From the sequence record SRR22947725_485: 21,069 nt of DNA. One strand, written 5' to 3'. Positions 8,169 to 18,406 of the stretch are shown here, one piece after another (the stretch's first letter is position 1; each line of letters opens with the position of its first letter). Position numbers and translations under genes: made by a program. A model generated the notes under the pieces. It searched no databases. It was not told the DNA's origin and saw only the letters and a list, made by a program, of their open reading frames with translations.

Positions 8169-9597
8169 AGCCCTAGACGGGGTAACCGATTGCAGTGATT
8201 CACTATCTGGTGAGCAAGTATTGGGAATTAGTACAAATTCTAAGGAAATTATTCCTGGCTTCATATTTGTGGCTATAAGGGGAACCAACTTTGATGGTAA
8301 TGATTTCATAGATGAAGCTTTAGATAGGGGAGCTATCTGTGCTATTACCGATTCAAAAGACATAAAAGATACAAATAAGATAATTAAGGTCAAAAACTGT
8401 AGAAAGGTGGTTGGAAAAATTTCAGCCAATTTATACGATCATCCACAAAAAAAAATTAAAATCATTGGTGTAACAGGTACCAATGGCAAAACGTCAACGA
8501 CACTTATATTAAAAAGTATCCTTGAGTCATGTGGTAAAAAAGTGCTTCAAGTTGGAACTTTAGGAGTTATTCCAAATATAGTAGATAAAAATTTTGGATT
8601 AACAACTCCCGATTCTATAGATATTTTTAAAATACTTAGTGTTGCAGTTCAGCAAAAATACGAATTTGCTATATTTGAAGTTTCATCGCATGCTTTATCA
8701 CAAAATAGAATTGATAATCTTGAATTTGATTTTACAGGATTTACTAATCTTACTTTAGATCACCTAGATTATCACGGCACAATTGATAGTTACTTCAATG
8801 AAAAGAAAAAACTCTTTGGTTTGGTTAAAGATAATGGATCAAGCTTGATATTAAATGATAGTATTTATGGAAAGGCTATATGTAGAAAATATAAAAATAC
8901 TAGCACCATATCTTTTAAAGATCTAGATGCTGATTTTCAGTGCAAACAATCTAATTTTAACCATGACAGTACTACCGCTAGCTTTAATTTCAAAGGAAAG
9001 TCAATAAATATCTATTCAAAGCTAGTAGGACAATATAACCTTGAGAATATTATTTTAGCTGCAGCTATTGCTTTTGAAATAGGAGTTGATATCAAATCCA
9101 TTAAAGAAGGTGTTAGTTTGTGTGAAGTTATTCCTGGAAGATATGAGCTTATTGTTAATGGTGGGCCTGGACTTATCATAAGCGATTATGGACATACCCC
9201 AGATGCATATACCAATGTTTTAAAATCAATAAAAGATATATATAGAAATAAAAATATTAAAGTCCTTTTCGGAGCTGGTGGCAACAGAGATAAATCAAAA
9301 AGAGTAGAAATGGCAAAAGTAATTGAGCTATTTGCAATGCAATGTTATATAGCTCCAGATAACCCTAGATTTGAAAATATAAATGATATTAATGATGATA
9401 TTATAAAAGGTTTTTCAAAGCATATTTATCAAGTCTTTACCAAAAGAGAGAATGGTCTAAAAAAAGCATTGGCAGAATTATGTTCGGACGACATACTAAT
9501 CATTTTTGGAAAAGGAAATGAAGAGTATCAGGAAATTGATGGAAAAAAAATATATTATTCTGATAGAAAAATTATAGAGAGTTTTTATGCGAATTGA
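8146..9597 (+). CDS. murE: UDP-MurNAc-tripeptide synthetase MurE (meso-DAP type)
   Basis: GVTGTNGKTST P-loop, LTTPD, EVSSHAL, FTNLTLDHLDYH, PGRYE, DYGHTPDA, FGAGGNRD, the DAP-specificity motif DNPR and GKGNEEYQ. Confidence 0.95.
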   Translation: MTQIELNKALDGVTDCSDSLSGEQVLGISTNSKEIIPGFIFVAIRGTNFDGNDFIDEALDRGAICAITDSKDIKDTNKIIKVKNCRKVVGKISANLYDHPQKKIKIIGVTGTNGKTSTTLILKSILESCGKKVLQVGTLGVIPNIVDKNFGLTTPDSIDIFKILSVAVQQKYEFAIFEVSSHALSQNRIDNLEFDFTGFTNLTLDHLDYHGTIDSYFNEKKKLFGLVKDNGSSLILNDSIYGKAICRKYKNTSTISFKDLDADFQCKQSNFNHDSTTASFNFKGKSINIYSKLVGQYNLENIILAAAIAFEIGVDIKSIKEGVSLCEVIPGRYELIVNGGPGLIISDYGHTPDAYTNVLKSIKDIYRNKNIKVLFGAGGNRDKSKRVEMAKVIELFAMQCYIAPDNPRFENINDINDDIIKGFSKHIYQVFTKRENGLKKALAELCSDDILIIFGKGNEEYQEIDGKKIYYSDRKIIESFYAN

Positions 9598-10822
9598 TAT
9601 CATTGAAACCGATCTATTTATTAAATATCTTTCTGATGCACTAAAAATGGATAAGCTTTGCTCTGTTGATGGCATTACTACAGATAGTCGCCTAGTCAAA
9701 AAGAATGATTTATTTTTGGCAATAAAAGGAGAACATTTTGACGGATCTGATTTCATTGATCAGGCACTATCTAATGGTGCAAGTTATGTCATTACTCAGT
9801 CAGCACACAAAAATAAAAATGTTTTTACAGTAGAAAATTTAGTGGAGTTTATTGGAAATATTTGTTCAATCTGGATGAATAATTTTCAGGGTAAAACTAT
9901 TGGTATAACTGGAAGCAACGGTAAAACAACTACCAAAGATCTGATTTCACATGTGCTTGCTAAGTGCGGTAATAAGGTTTCTAAAACAAAAGGAAATTTT
10001 AATACTTCTATTGGAGTTCCTTTAACGATTTTTTCTTTCTCAAATGACCCATCTCAAATATATGTTCTAGAGCTTGGAGCGAATCAAGTAGGAGATATTG
10101 ATTACTTGTCATCAATTGTTAAGCCAGACATAGGGATTGTTACAAATATTTCAGATGCTCATTTAGAAGGTTTTGGTTCAATTGGTAATATACGAAAAGA
10201 GAAAAAATCAATTTTTAATCATTCTAAAAAACATTATTATGGTAAAGAAATTGATATTTCAATCAATTTATCAGATCATCCTTTTAAAAATAATAAAGTA
10301 TTTTTAAAAAATGCTTCTCTGGCTTATGAAGTTTGTAAAGATTTTATGAGCAATAATGATAAGGAGGCTTTCTCTGTAATGATAGCAGATTTTACCCTAC
10401 CAAAAGGAAGAGGACGAGTTTATTCTCTATTAGCTGACACTATTATAATTGATGATACATACAATGCAAACCCTGAGTCTGTTAAAGCAGCAATTGATAA
10501 TCTTGCACAATATAACAGTAAAAGAAAAATATTTATATTTGCGGATATGAAAGAGCTTGGCAGTGATGAGATAAGATTTCATCGAGAGGTTGGAGATTAT
10601 TGTTCAGAAAAGATTGATATTATAATGTGTTATGGAGATTTAGCAAAAAATGTTATTAATGATAGTAACAAAATCCCAATACAACTACATTTTGATACGA
10701 AAGCAAGCTTATCTGAGGCACTTTCTAATATAATGCAGGAAAATGATGCAATTTTATTGAAAGGTTCTCGAAGCATGGAATTGGATTTAGTAATAAAAGA
10801 TATAATAAATTATGTTAAATGA
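9587..10822 (+). CDS. murF: UDP-MurNAc-pentapeptide synthetase MurF
   Basis: TDSR, GITGSNGKTTTK, GNFNTSIGVP, TNISDAHLEGFGS, IDDTYNANPES, DMKELG and LLKGSR. Follows murE. Confidence 0.93.
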   Translation: MRIDIIETDLFIKYLSDALKMDKLCSVDGITTDSRLVKKNDLFLAIKGEHFDGSDFIDQALSNGASYVITQSAHKNKNVFTVENLVEFIGNICSIWMNNFQGKTIGITGSNGKTTTKDLISHVLAKCGNKVSKTKGNFNTSIGVPLTIFSFSNDPSQIYVLELGANQVGDIDYLSSIVKPDIGIVTNISDAHLEGFGSIGNIRKEKKSIFNHSKKHYYGKEIDISINLSDHPFKNNKVFLKNASLAYEVCKDFMSNNDKEAFSVMIADFTLPKGRGRVYSLLADTIIIDDTYNANPESVKAAIDNLAQYNSKRKIFIFADMKELGSDEIRFHREVGDYCSEKIDIIMCYGDLAKNVINDSNKIPIQLHFDTKASLSEALSNIMQENDAILLKGSRSMELDLVIKDIINYVK

Positions 10823-11921
10823 AATATTAGAGCCATTTAAAGATTACTTTAGTTTTTTAAATCTATTTGATTATATCACTTTTAGAGCAGGGGCAAGTGC
10901 AATACTTTCACTGTTAATAAGTTTTATTTTTGGTCCAGTTATTGTTAGGAAGCTTACAGAGCTACAAATTGGGGAGTCAATTGGAGATCATGGTCCGGAG
11001 AGTCATCATAAGAAGCAAGGTACGCCAACTATGGGGGGAGTGCTTATCATTCTTGCAACAATTATACCTACTTTACTTTTTGCTGATACAAGCAATTTAT
11101 TTATAAGAATTATTTGTTTTTCAATGGTCTGGATGGGGTGTATTGGTTTCTATGACGACTATCTAAAGTCTGTTAAAAAGAAAAAAGGTGGACTGAAGGG
11201 AAGATATAAGTTAATTGCGCAATCAATGCTAGGTATCTTCATCTCTTTTCTTATTATTCAATCCAATGTATATGGAGAATATACTTTATCTACTTTTGTA
11301 CCATTCTTAAAAAATGTATCAATTAATTTTTACTATCCTTTGATTTATGCATCTTTTGTAATTCTTGTTGTTTCAGCAACATCAAATGCAGTTAATCTTA
11401 CTGATGGTCTTGACGGACTAGCCGCAGGATTACTAGCAATTTCTATGACAGTATTTGGAGTTATTTCATATATATCAGGTAGAGTTGATTTTTCTGATTA
11501 TTTAAACATCGCCTATATCCCATTAGCAAGTGAGCTTACTATTTTTGCTGCTGCATTTTTTGGTGGATGCTTAGGGTTCTTATGGTTTAATGCAAAGCCA
11601 GCATTAATTTTTATGGGAGATGTAGGATCTCTTTCTAGTGGAGCGGCTTTAGGAACATTAGCAATTTTGTTGAAAAAAGAAGTCCTCCTAATTATTGTTG
11701 GAGGAGTATTCGTTATCGAAACATTATCAGTAATTCTTCAAGTCATTTATCATCGATGGACTAAGAAAAAATATGGTACTCCTAAAAAATTATTTCTTAT
11801 GGCACCTATTCACCATCACTTTGAACTTAAGGGGTGGCCTGAATCAAGAGTGGTAGTGAGATTTTGGCTTATTGGAATTTTGTTTGCACTGTTATCTCTT
11901 ACAACGTTTAAGATAAGATAA
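10812..11921 (+). CDS. mraY: Phospho-MurNAc-pentapeptide translocase MraY
   Basis: YITFR, KQGTPTMGG, GFYDDY, SNAVNLTDGLDGL, FMGDVGS and MAPIHHHFE. Multiple TM helices. Confidence 0.96.
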   Translation: MLNEILEPFKDYFSFLNLFDYITFRAGASAILSLLISFIFGPVIVRKLTELQIGESIGDHGPESHHKKQGTPTMGGVLIILATIIPTLLFADTSNLFIRIICFSMVWMGCIGFYDDYLKSVKKKKGGLKGRYKLIAQSMLGIFISFLIIQSNVYGEYTLSTFVPFLKNVSINFYYPLIYASFVILVVSATSNAVNLTDGLDGLAAGLLAISMTVFGVISYISGRVDFSDYLNIAYIPLASELTIFAAAFFGGCLGFLWFNAKPALIFMGDVGSLSSGAALGTLAILLKKEVLLIIVGGVFVIETLSVILQVIYHRWTKKKYGTPKKLFLMAPIHHHFELKGWPESRVVVRFWLIGILFALLSLTTFKIR

Positions 11922-11923
11922 AT

Positions 11924-13717
11924 ATGAGAAGAAAAACTGTAAGTGTAAATGTTGGTATTGTTGATATCGGAAGTAATCATTCTATTAAAACCCAATCTAT
12001 GACTACAGCATCAACCCTTGATACAAATGCTAGTGTTGAAGAAGCTATTAGAATTATTGACGCAGGAGGAAAGCTCGTACGATTTACTGCTCCAAATACA
12101 AAAGAGGCTGAAAATTTAGAAAATATTAAGTCAGCTATAAGAAAAAAAGGATATGAAACTCCTTTTGTTGCCGATATACATTTTGTACCTAAAGCCGCAT
12201 TAGTTGCTGCAAAAATTGTTGAAAAAGTTCGAATCAATCCTGGAAATTACGTTGACACAAAAAGATTTAAAATTGTAGAGTATGATGATGCAACTTATAA
12301 TAAAGAAGTAAAAAAAATTGAAGAAAAGTTTGTTCCTCTTATTGATGTTTGTAAAGAAAATAATACAGCAATGAGAATTGGTACTAATCATGGATCTCTT
12401 TCTGATAGAATTATGAATCGATTTGGAGATACTCCATTAGGCATGGTAGAGTCAGCACTCGAATTCTTAAGGATCTGCAATAAGAATGATTTTGATCAGG
12501 TAGTTTTGTCTATGAAGTCTAGTAATCCACTGATAATGATTCACGCATATCGATTATTAGTACATAAAATGAAATTAGAAGATATGCATTTCCCTCTTCA
12601 CCTTGGAGTAACAGAAGCAGGAGATGGTATTGATGGTAGAATTAAATCTGCATTAGGAATCGGTACATTATTGTCTGAAGGTATAGGAGATACCATTAGA
12701 GTTTCTCTTACAGAGGATCCTGAATTTGAAATTCCTGTTGCAGACAAGATTTTAAAAAAAATTGATGGTCTAGATTCCAAAAATCCAATTGATTATGATG
12801 ACTCTCGTTCAGTCTCATATATGAAAAGATCTACTAACGGTTGTGTTAATATAGGAGCAAATAATGTTCCAGTAGTAATTTCAATTTCTAGTGAGCCTTT
12901 CCAAGACTGTGTACCAGATTATATTTTTAAAAAACAAAATTCTAATATTGAAAAAGGTCAAAAATATATTACTCCTTATGATATATGGATTGAAAGCAAA
13001 AAAACAAATCTGTTTCCCTTTTTTGAATCATTACAGTCTTATAGAAAAGCAGATACTAAATCAGAAGAATTAAATTTTGTACAACTAGATATGAACAGGC
13101 TTACTAACACGATAGTTGGTTCAATGCCATCAAATGTTATTTTTGTATTAAATATCGAAGGATATAGTAGTTATGATATGAAGAAAAGCTTTAATTTTTT
13201 TGAAAAACATAATATTCTTAATCCAGTTATACTTAAAGGCGTTTATGATTCAAAAGATTTTGAAGAAATAGTTGTAGAAAGTTCTATTGATTTTGGATCT
13301 CTTTTATTGGAAGGTTATGGTAATGGTTTATGGGTAGAATCTTTGAATTATTCGGATAAAATTAATGAGCTTAGTTTTTCAATACTTCAAAATACTAGAA
13401 CAAGGATTTTCAAGACTGATTATATTTCATGTCCATCATGTGGAAGAACAAAATTTAATTTACAAGAAACGACGGCACTTGTTAAAAAGTATACTAGTCA
13501 TCTAAAAGGTCTTAAAATATCAGTTATGGGATGTATTGTGAATGGGCCAGGAGAAATGGCAGATGCAGATTATGGTTATGTAGGTTCAGGTATTGGACTA
13601 ATTTCTCTTTACAAAGGTCAGAATGTAGTTAAAAAAAATATTATCAGTGAAAATGCTGTAGATGAGCTAATTGCTTTAATCAAAGACAATAATGATTGGG
13701 TTGAGCCCAAAATTTAA
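11924..13717 (+). CDS. ispG: HMBPP synthase IspG/GcpE, long (three-domain) form
   Basis: QSMT, VADIHF, KVRINPGN, RIGTNHGSLS, PLHLGVTEAG, GIGDTIRVSLTE, plus 4Fe-4S ligand motifs SCPSCGRT and MGCIVNGPGE. 597 aa including a central insert. Confidence 0.96.
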   Translation: MRRKTVSVNVGIVDIGSNHSIKTQSMTTASTLDTNASVEEAIRIIDAGGKLVRFTAPNTKEAENLENIKSAIRKKGYETPFVADIHFVPKAALVAAKIVEKVRINPGNYVDTKRFKIVEYDDATYNKEVKKIEEKFVPLIDVCKENNTAMRIGTNHGSLSDRIMNRFGDTPLGMVESALEFLRICNKNDFDQVVLSMKSSNPLIMIHAYRLLVHKMKLEDMHFPLHLGVTEAGDGIDGRIKSALGIGTLLSEGIGDTIRVSLTEDPEFEIPVADKILKKIDGLDSKNPIDYDDSRSVSYMKRSTNGCVNIGANNVPVVISISSEPFQDCVPDYIFKKQNSNIEKGQKYITPYDIWIESKKTNLFPFFESLQSYRKADTKSEELNFVQLDMNRLTNTIVGSMPSNVIFVLNIEGYSSYDMKKSFNFFEKHNILNPVILKGVYDSKDFEEIVVESSIDFGSLLLEGYGNGLWVESLNYSDKINELSFSILQNTRTRIFKTDYISCPSCGRTKFNLQETTALVKKYTSHLKGLKISVMGCIVNGPGEMADADYGYVGSGIGLISLYKGQNVVKKNIISENAVDELIALIKDNNDWVEPKI

Positions 13718-13729
13718 ATTCGTGATTGC

Positions 13730-13758
13730 TTGACGAAGTAAAGTTTTATTAGTAATGT
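13730..13758 (+). promoter_or_regulatory. Putative sigma70 promoter for the sORF-mscS-dut unit
   Basis: TTGACG (13730-13735), 17-bp spacer, TAATGT (13753-13758), in the intergenic gap after ispG. Confidence 0.5.
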
Positions 13759-13798
13759 ACCCTCAGATACAAAAAACTTAATATATAGGAAGTATAAA

Positions 13799-13939
13799 AT
13801 GAAAAAATTAACAACTGGAGCTATGATTGGAATTGGAGTTGGAGTCGGTGTTGCTGTAGGTGTTGCCTTAGATGACTATGCAGTAGGATTTGGTATAGGA
13901 ATCGCCATTGTTATTGTAATGAAATTGATGAGTAAATAA
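13799..13939 (+). CDS. Small glycine-zipper membrane protein (46 aa), not in the ORF track
   Basis: MKKLTTGAMIGIGVGVGVAVGVALDDYAVGFGIGIAIVIVMKLMSK. SD AGGA at 13787-13790. Fills the ispG-mscS gap and stops just before mscS. Two Gly-rich hydrophobic segments joined by a DDY turn, with basic termini. Confidence 0.8.
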   Translation: MKKLTTGAMIGIGVGVGVAVGVALDDYAVGFGIGIAIVIVMKLMSK

Positions 13940-13944
13940 AGTTG

Positions 13945-15006
13945 ATGCAAGATATAATAAATATAATACAAGGAGATAAAGTGACTTTAACTTGGAATTT
14001 GATGCCACTAATAATTGTGGTAGTAGGAACTTTCTTGGGTATTTTATTTAAAAGATACTTATTTAGTAAGCTAAAGAACTTGTCAGATAGCAGTTCATGG
14101 AAAGGCGACGACGTCGTTATTAATGCTATTGATTCTGTTATTGTGTTTTGGTTTTTTCTTGGCTCTCTTTCAGTAGCTTTTAATGATATAAATTTTGGAG
14201 ACCCATATAATGGGTACATTTCAAAAATAATACTTTCTTTTTTAGTCATGTCAATGACTATTACTGCTTCTAGAGTATCATTAGGACTTCTTGATGTTTG
14301 GTCAAAAAATAATAAATCACTTCCATCGACCGGTATTTTTAAGGGTTTAATCAATGCTACTATTTTTTCACTAGGATTTTTATTTGTTTTACAATCATTT
14401 GGAATATCTATTACTCCACTCATCACTGCTTTAGGTGTTGGTGGTTTAGCTGTTTCTCTTGCTTTGAAAGACACTCTTTCAGATTTATTTGGTGGTATTA
14501 ATATCATTTTAAGTAAAACGATGAAAGAAGGAGACTATGTTGAGCTAAGTAATGGATACCAAGGATATGTTAAAAATATTGGATGGAGATATACTACTAT
14601 TCAAGAAAGAGCCAATAATGTAATATCAATTCCAAACTCCGTCCTTTCGGGATCTGTATCAAAAAATTATACTTCAATGGATGCAGCTTTCAGAGTTCCA
14701 ATTCAAATAGGTGTTTCTTATGACAGTGATTTAGATCACGTAGAAAAAGTAGCGTTAGAAGTGGCAGGAAATATTTACGATGAGCTTGACTGTGTCAGCA
14801 AGGATTATAAGCCAACAATTCGATTTAGAGAGTTTGCTGGGTCAAGTATTAATTTCTTTATTTATTTTCAAGGAAAGAAATTTGGAGATCATAATGTTAT
14901 TTTAAATGCATTTATAAAGAAAATTCATAAACGTTTCCAACAAGAAAGTATTGAGATTCCATACCCTATTCGTACAGTAATACATAAAAATGAAGCTAAG
15001 AATTAA
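13945..15006 (+). CDS. mscS: Small-conductance mechanosensitive channel, MscS family
   Basis: TM3 motif ITALGVGGLAVSLALKDTLSDLFGG, EGDYVEL, IGWRYTTI, IPNS, IGVSYDSDL and IEIPYP, with extra N-terminal TM helices. The start is uncertain: ATG 13945, TTG 13942, or an in-frame GTG at 13981 preceded by AGGAG. Confidence 0.9.
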   Translation: MQDIINIIQGDKVTLTWNLMPLIIVVVGTFLGILFKRYLFSKLKNLSDSSSWKGDDVVINAIDSVIVFWFFLGSLSVAFNDINFGDPYNGYISKIILSFLVMSMTITASRVSLGLLDVWSKNNKSLPSTGIFKGLINATIFSLGFLFVLQSFGISITPLITALGVGGLAVSLALKDTLSDLFGGINIILSKTMKEGDYVELSNGYQGYVKNIGWRYTTIQERANNVISIPNSVLSGSVSKNYTSMDAAFRVPIQIGVSYDSDLDHVEKVALEVAGNIYDELDCVSKDYKPTIRFREFAGSSINFFIYFQGKKFGDHNVILNAFIKKIHKRFQQESIEIPYPIRTVIHKNEAKN

Positions 15007-15427
15007 ACCTTTTAACGATAAAGCAAAAGCTTTATATGAAAATCATTCTCATTTCCACTCTGGTGATGCTGGATTAGATTTATTCGTTGTAGATGACCAA
15101 GTTATTCCTGGTAATTCTACTCAACCTATTCATTTGCAGGTTGCGTGTGAAAATTTAGATAATAAGGCATACTACTTATTTCCTAGATCAAGTATTTCTA
15201 AAACTCCTATTCGATTAGCTAATTCTATTGGACTGATTGATGGTGGCTATAGAGGGGAATTGGTAGGAATGGTTGATAATATTTATAGTGAAGATTATCA
15301 TGTTAAAAGCGGAGAAAGATACTTTCAGCTTGTGGCAGTTGATAGTTCACCAATCGAATTTGAACTGGTAGAAGAATTATCAGAATCTAGTAGAGGTGAA
15401 GGCGGCTTTGGGAGTACAGGAAAATAG
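14990..15427 (+). CDS. dut: Trimeric dUTPase
   Basis: All five motifs present: DAGLDL, PRSS, GLIDGGYRGE, GERYFQLV and RGEGGFGSTG. Confidence 0.95.
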   Translation: MKLRIKPFNDKAKALYENHSHFHSGDAGLDLFVVDDQVIPGNSTQPIHLQVACENLDNKAYYLFPRSSISKTPIRLANSIGLIDGGYRGELVGMVDNIYSEDYHVKSGERYFQLVAVDSSPIEFELVEELSESSRGEGGFGSTGK

Positions 15428-15462
15428 TTTTTAAAGAATATCTTTTTAAAAATAGAATTAGT

Positions 15463-15491
15463 TTGATATTTCTGAGTATTTATACTAAAAT
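15463..15491 (+). promoter_or_regulatory. Putative sigma70 promoter of groES-groEL
   Basis: TTGATA (15463-15468), 17-bp spacer, TAAAAT (15486-15491). SD GGAGG at 15530-15534 precedes groES. Confidence 0.55.
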
Positions 15492-15538
15492 TCAACCGCA
15501 AAATTTTTTAATAAAATAAGTTATATAATGGAGGAAAA

Positions 15539-17474
<1,936 letters not shown>

Positions 17475-17500
17475 TGTTGTTTTTTATAAAATAAATACAT

Positions 17501-17528
17501 AAAAAACCCTCATCTTTGAGGGTTTTTT
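17501..17528. terminator. Rho-independent terminator after groEL (bidirectional architecture)
   Basis: AAAAAACCCTCA-TCTT-TGAGGGTTTTTT, a perfect 12-bp inverted repeat with A and T tails. Confidence 0.88.
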
Positions 17529-17544
17529 GTTTGTAATATTGTCT

Positions 17545-17907
17545 ATGGAAAAAATTACAATAAAAGATATAAAACTCATTGGTTTTCATGGCTTATATGA
17601 CAATGAAAAAAGAGATGGAGTTAATCTAGGTTTTGATATAGAGCTTTTTTTTGAAAATCAAATAAATAATAGTAATGATAACATAGATAAAACGATTAAT
17701 TATGTTGAAGTTATAGATGTTGTAAAAAAGATTAATTCATCAGATAATTTTGATCTTTTAGAAACGCTATGCAATAAAATTCTTAATGAAATAGTAAGGC
17801 TATATAATCCTTTAAAAGCGATTATAAGGGTAAGAAAGTTTGAGCTACCAATTGATACATCTCTTGATTTTGTAGAAGTGGAAATGACCAAGGAAAGTAA
17901 TGTCTGA
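17545..17907 (+). CDS. folB: Dihydroneopterin aldolase
   Basis: GFHGLYDNE, TINY, FDLLETL and VRK motifs, directly upstream of folK. The ATG at 17545 is preferred because the track start at 17527 lies inside the terminator. Confidence 0.88.
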   Translation: MEKITIKDIKLIGFHGLYDNEKRDGVNLGFDIELFFENQINNSNDNIDKTINYVEVIDVVKKINSSDNFDLLETLCNKILNEIVRLYNPLKAIIRVRKFELPIDTSLDFVEVEMTKESNV

Positions 17908-18406
17908 TACTATTTATCTATCCTTAGGTTCAAACTTAGGAGATAAGGAGTCTAATATTGCTTCATGCATTGCTATGCTTGGTTCTTATATAGAAAATAC
18001 AGAAATAAGGACTTCTTCATTTTACCTATCAGAACCCTTGTATAATGTCAATCAACCTTCTTTTCTTAATATTATAGTCGAATTAAAAACAGTATTTACA
18101 CCATTCCAGTTTCTTGATAAAATTCACGATATAGAAAAAATGTTAGGGCGTAAATTAGAAAGAGAAAAAAATACTCCAAGGACAATTGATATCGATATTA
18201 TTATGTTTGGAAATGCCTTTATTGAGACTGATAAACTTACTATTCCACATTCACACGCTTTATTGCGTAAATTTGTCTTAGTTCCATTAGCAGAGCTTAT
18301 TCCAGATAAGGTTTTTCCTGGAACAAAATATAAGATGATTGATTTATTAGAAAAATGTCCTGATACTTCAACAGTAGATAAATACTTAATCGATAAGAAA
18401 GCATGA
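17900..18406 (+). CDS. folK: 6-hydroxymethyl-7,8-dihydropterin pyrophosphokinase
   Basis: YLSLGSNLGD, QPSFLN, IEKMLGR, PRTIDIDI, LTIPH and RKFVLVPLAE. Confidence 0.95.
   Translation: MSDTIYLSLGSNLGDKESNIASCIAMLGSYIENTEIRTSSFYLSEPLYNVNQPSFLNIIVELKTVFTPFQFLDKIHDIEKMLGRKLEREKNTPRTIDIDIIMFGNAFIETDKLTIPHSHALLRKFVLVPLAELIPDKVFPGTKYKMIDLLEKCPDTSTVDKYLIDKKA

Noticed and set aside
13911-14507. 198-aa minus-strand ORF
   Set aside because: It is an antisense shadow of mscS with no recognisable motifs. The same applies to the other antisense or nested track ORFs, such as 167-529, 8019-8429 and 20120-20524.
15456-15482. CIRCE element upstream of groES
   Set aside because: Only a partial right-arm match (GAGTATTTA), with no left arm at the required 9-bp spacing.
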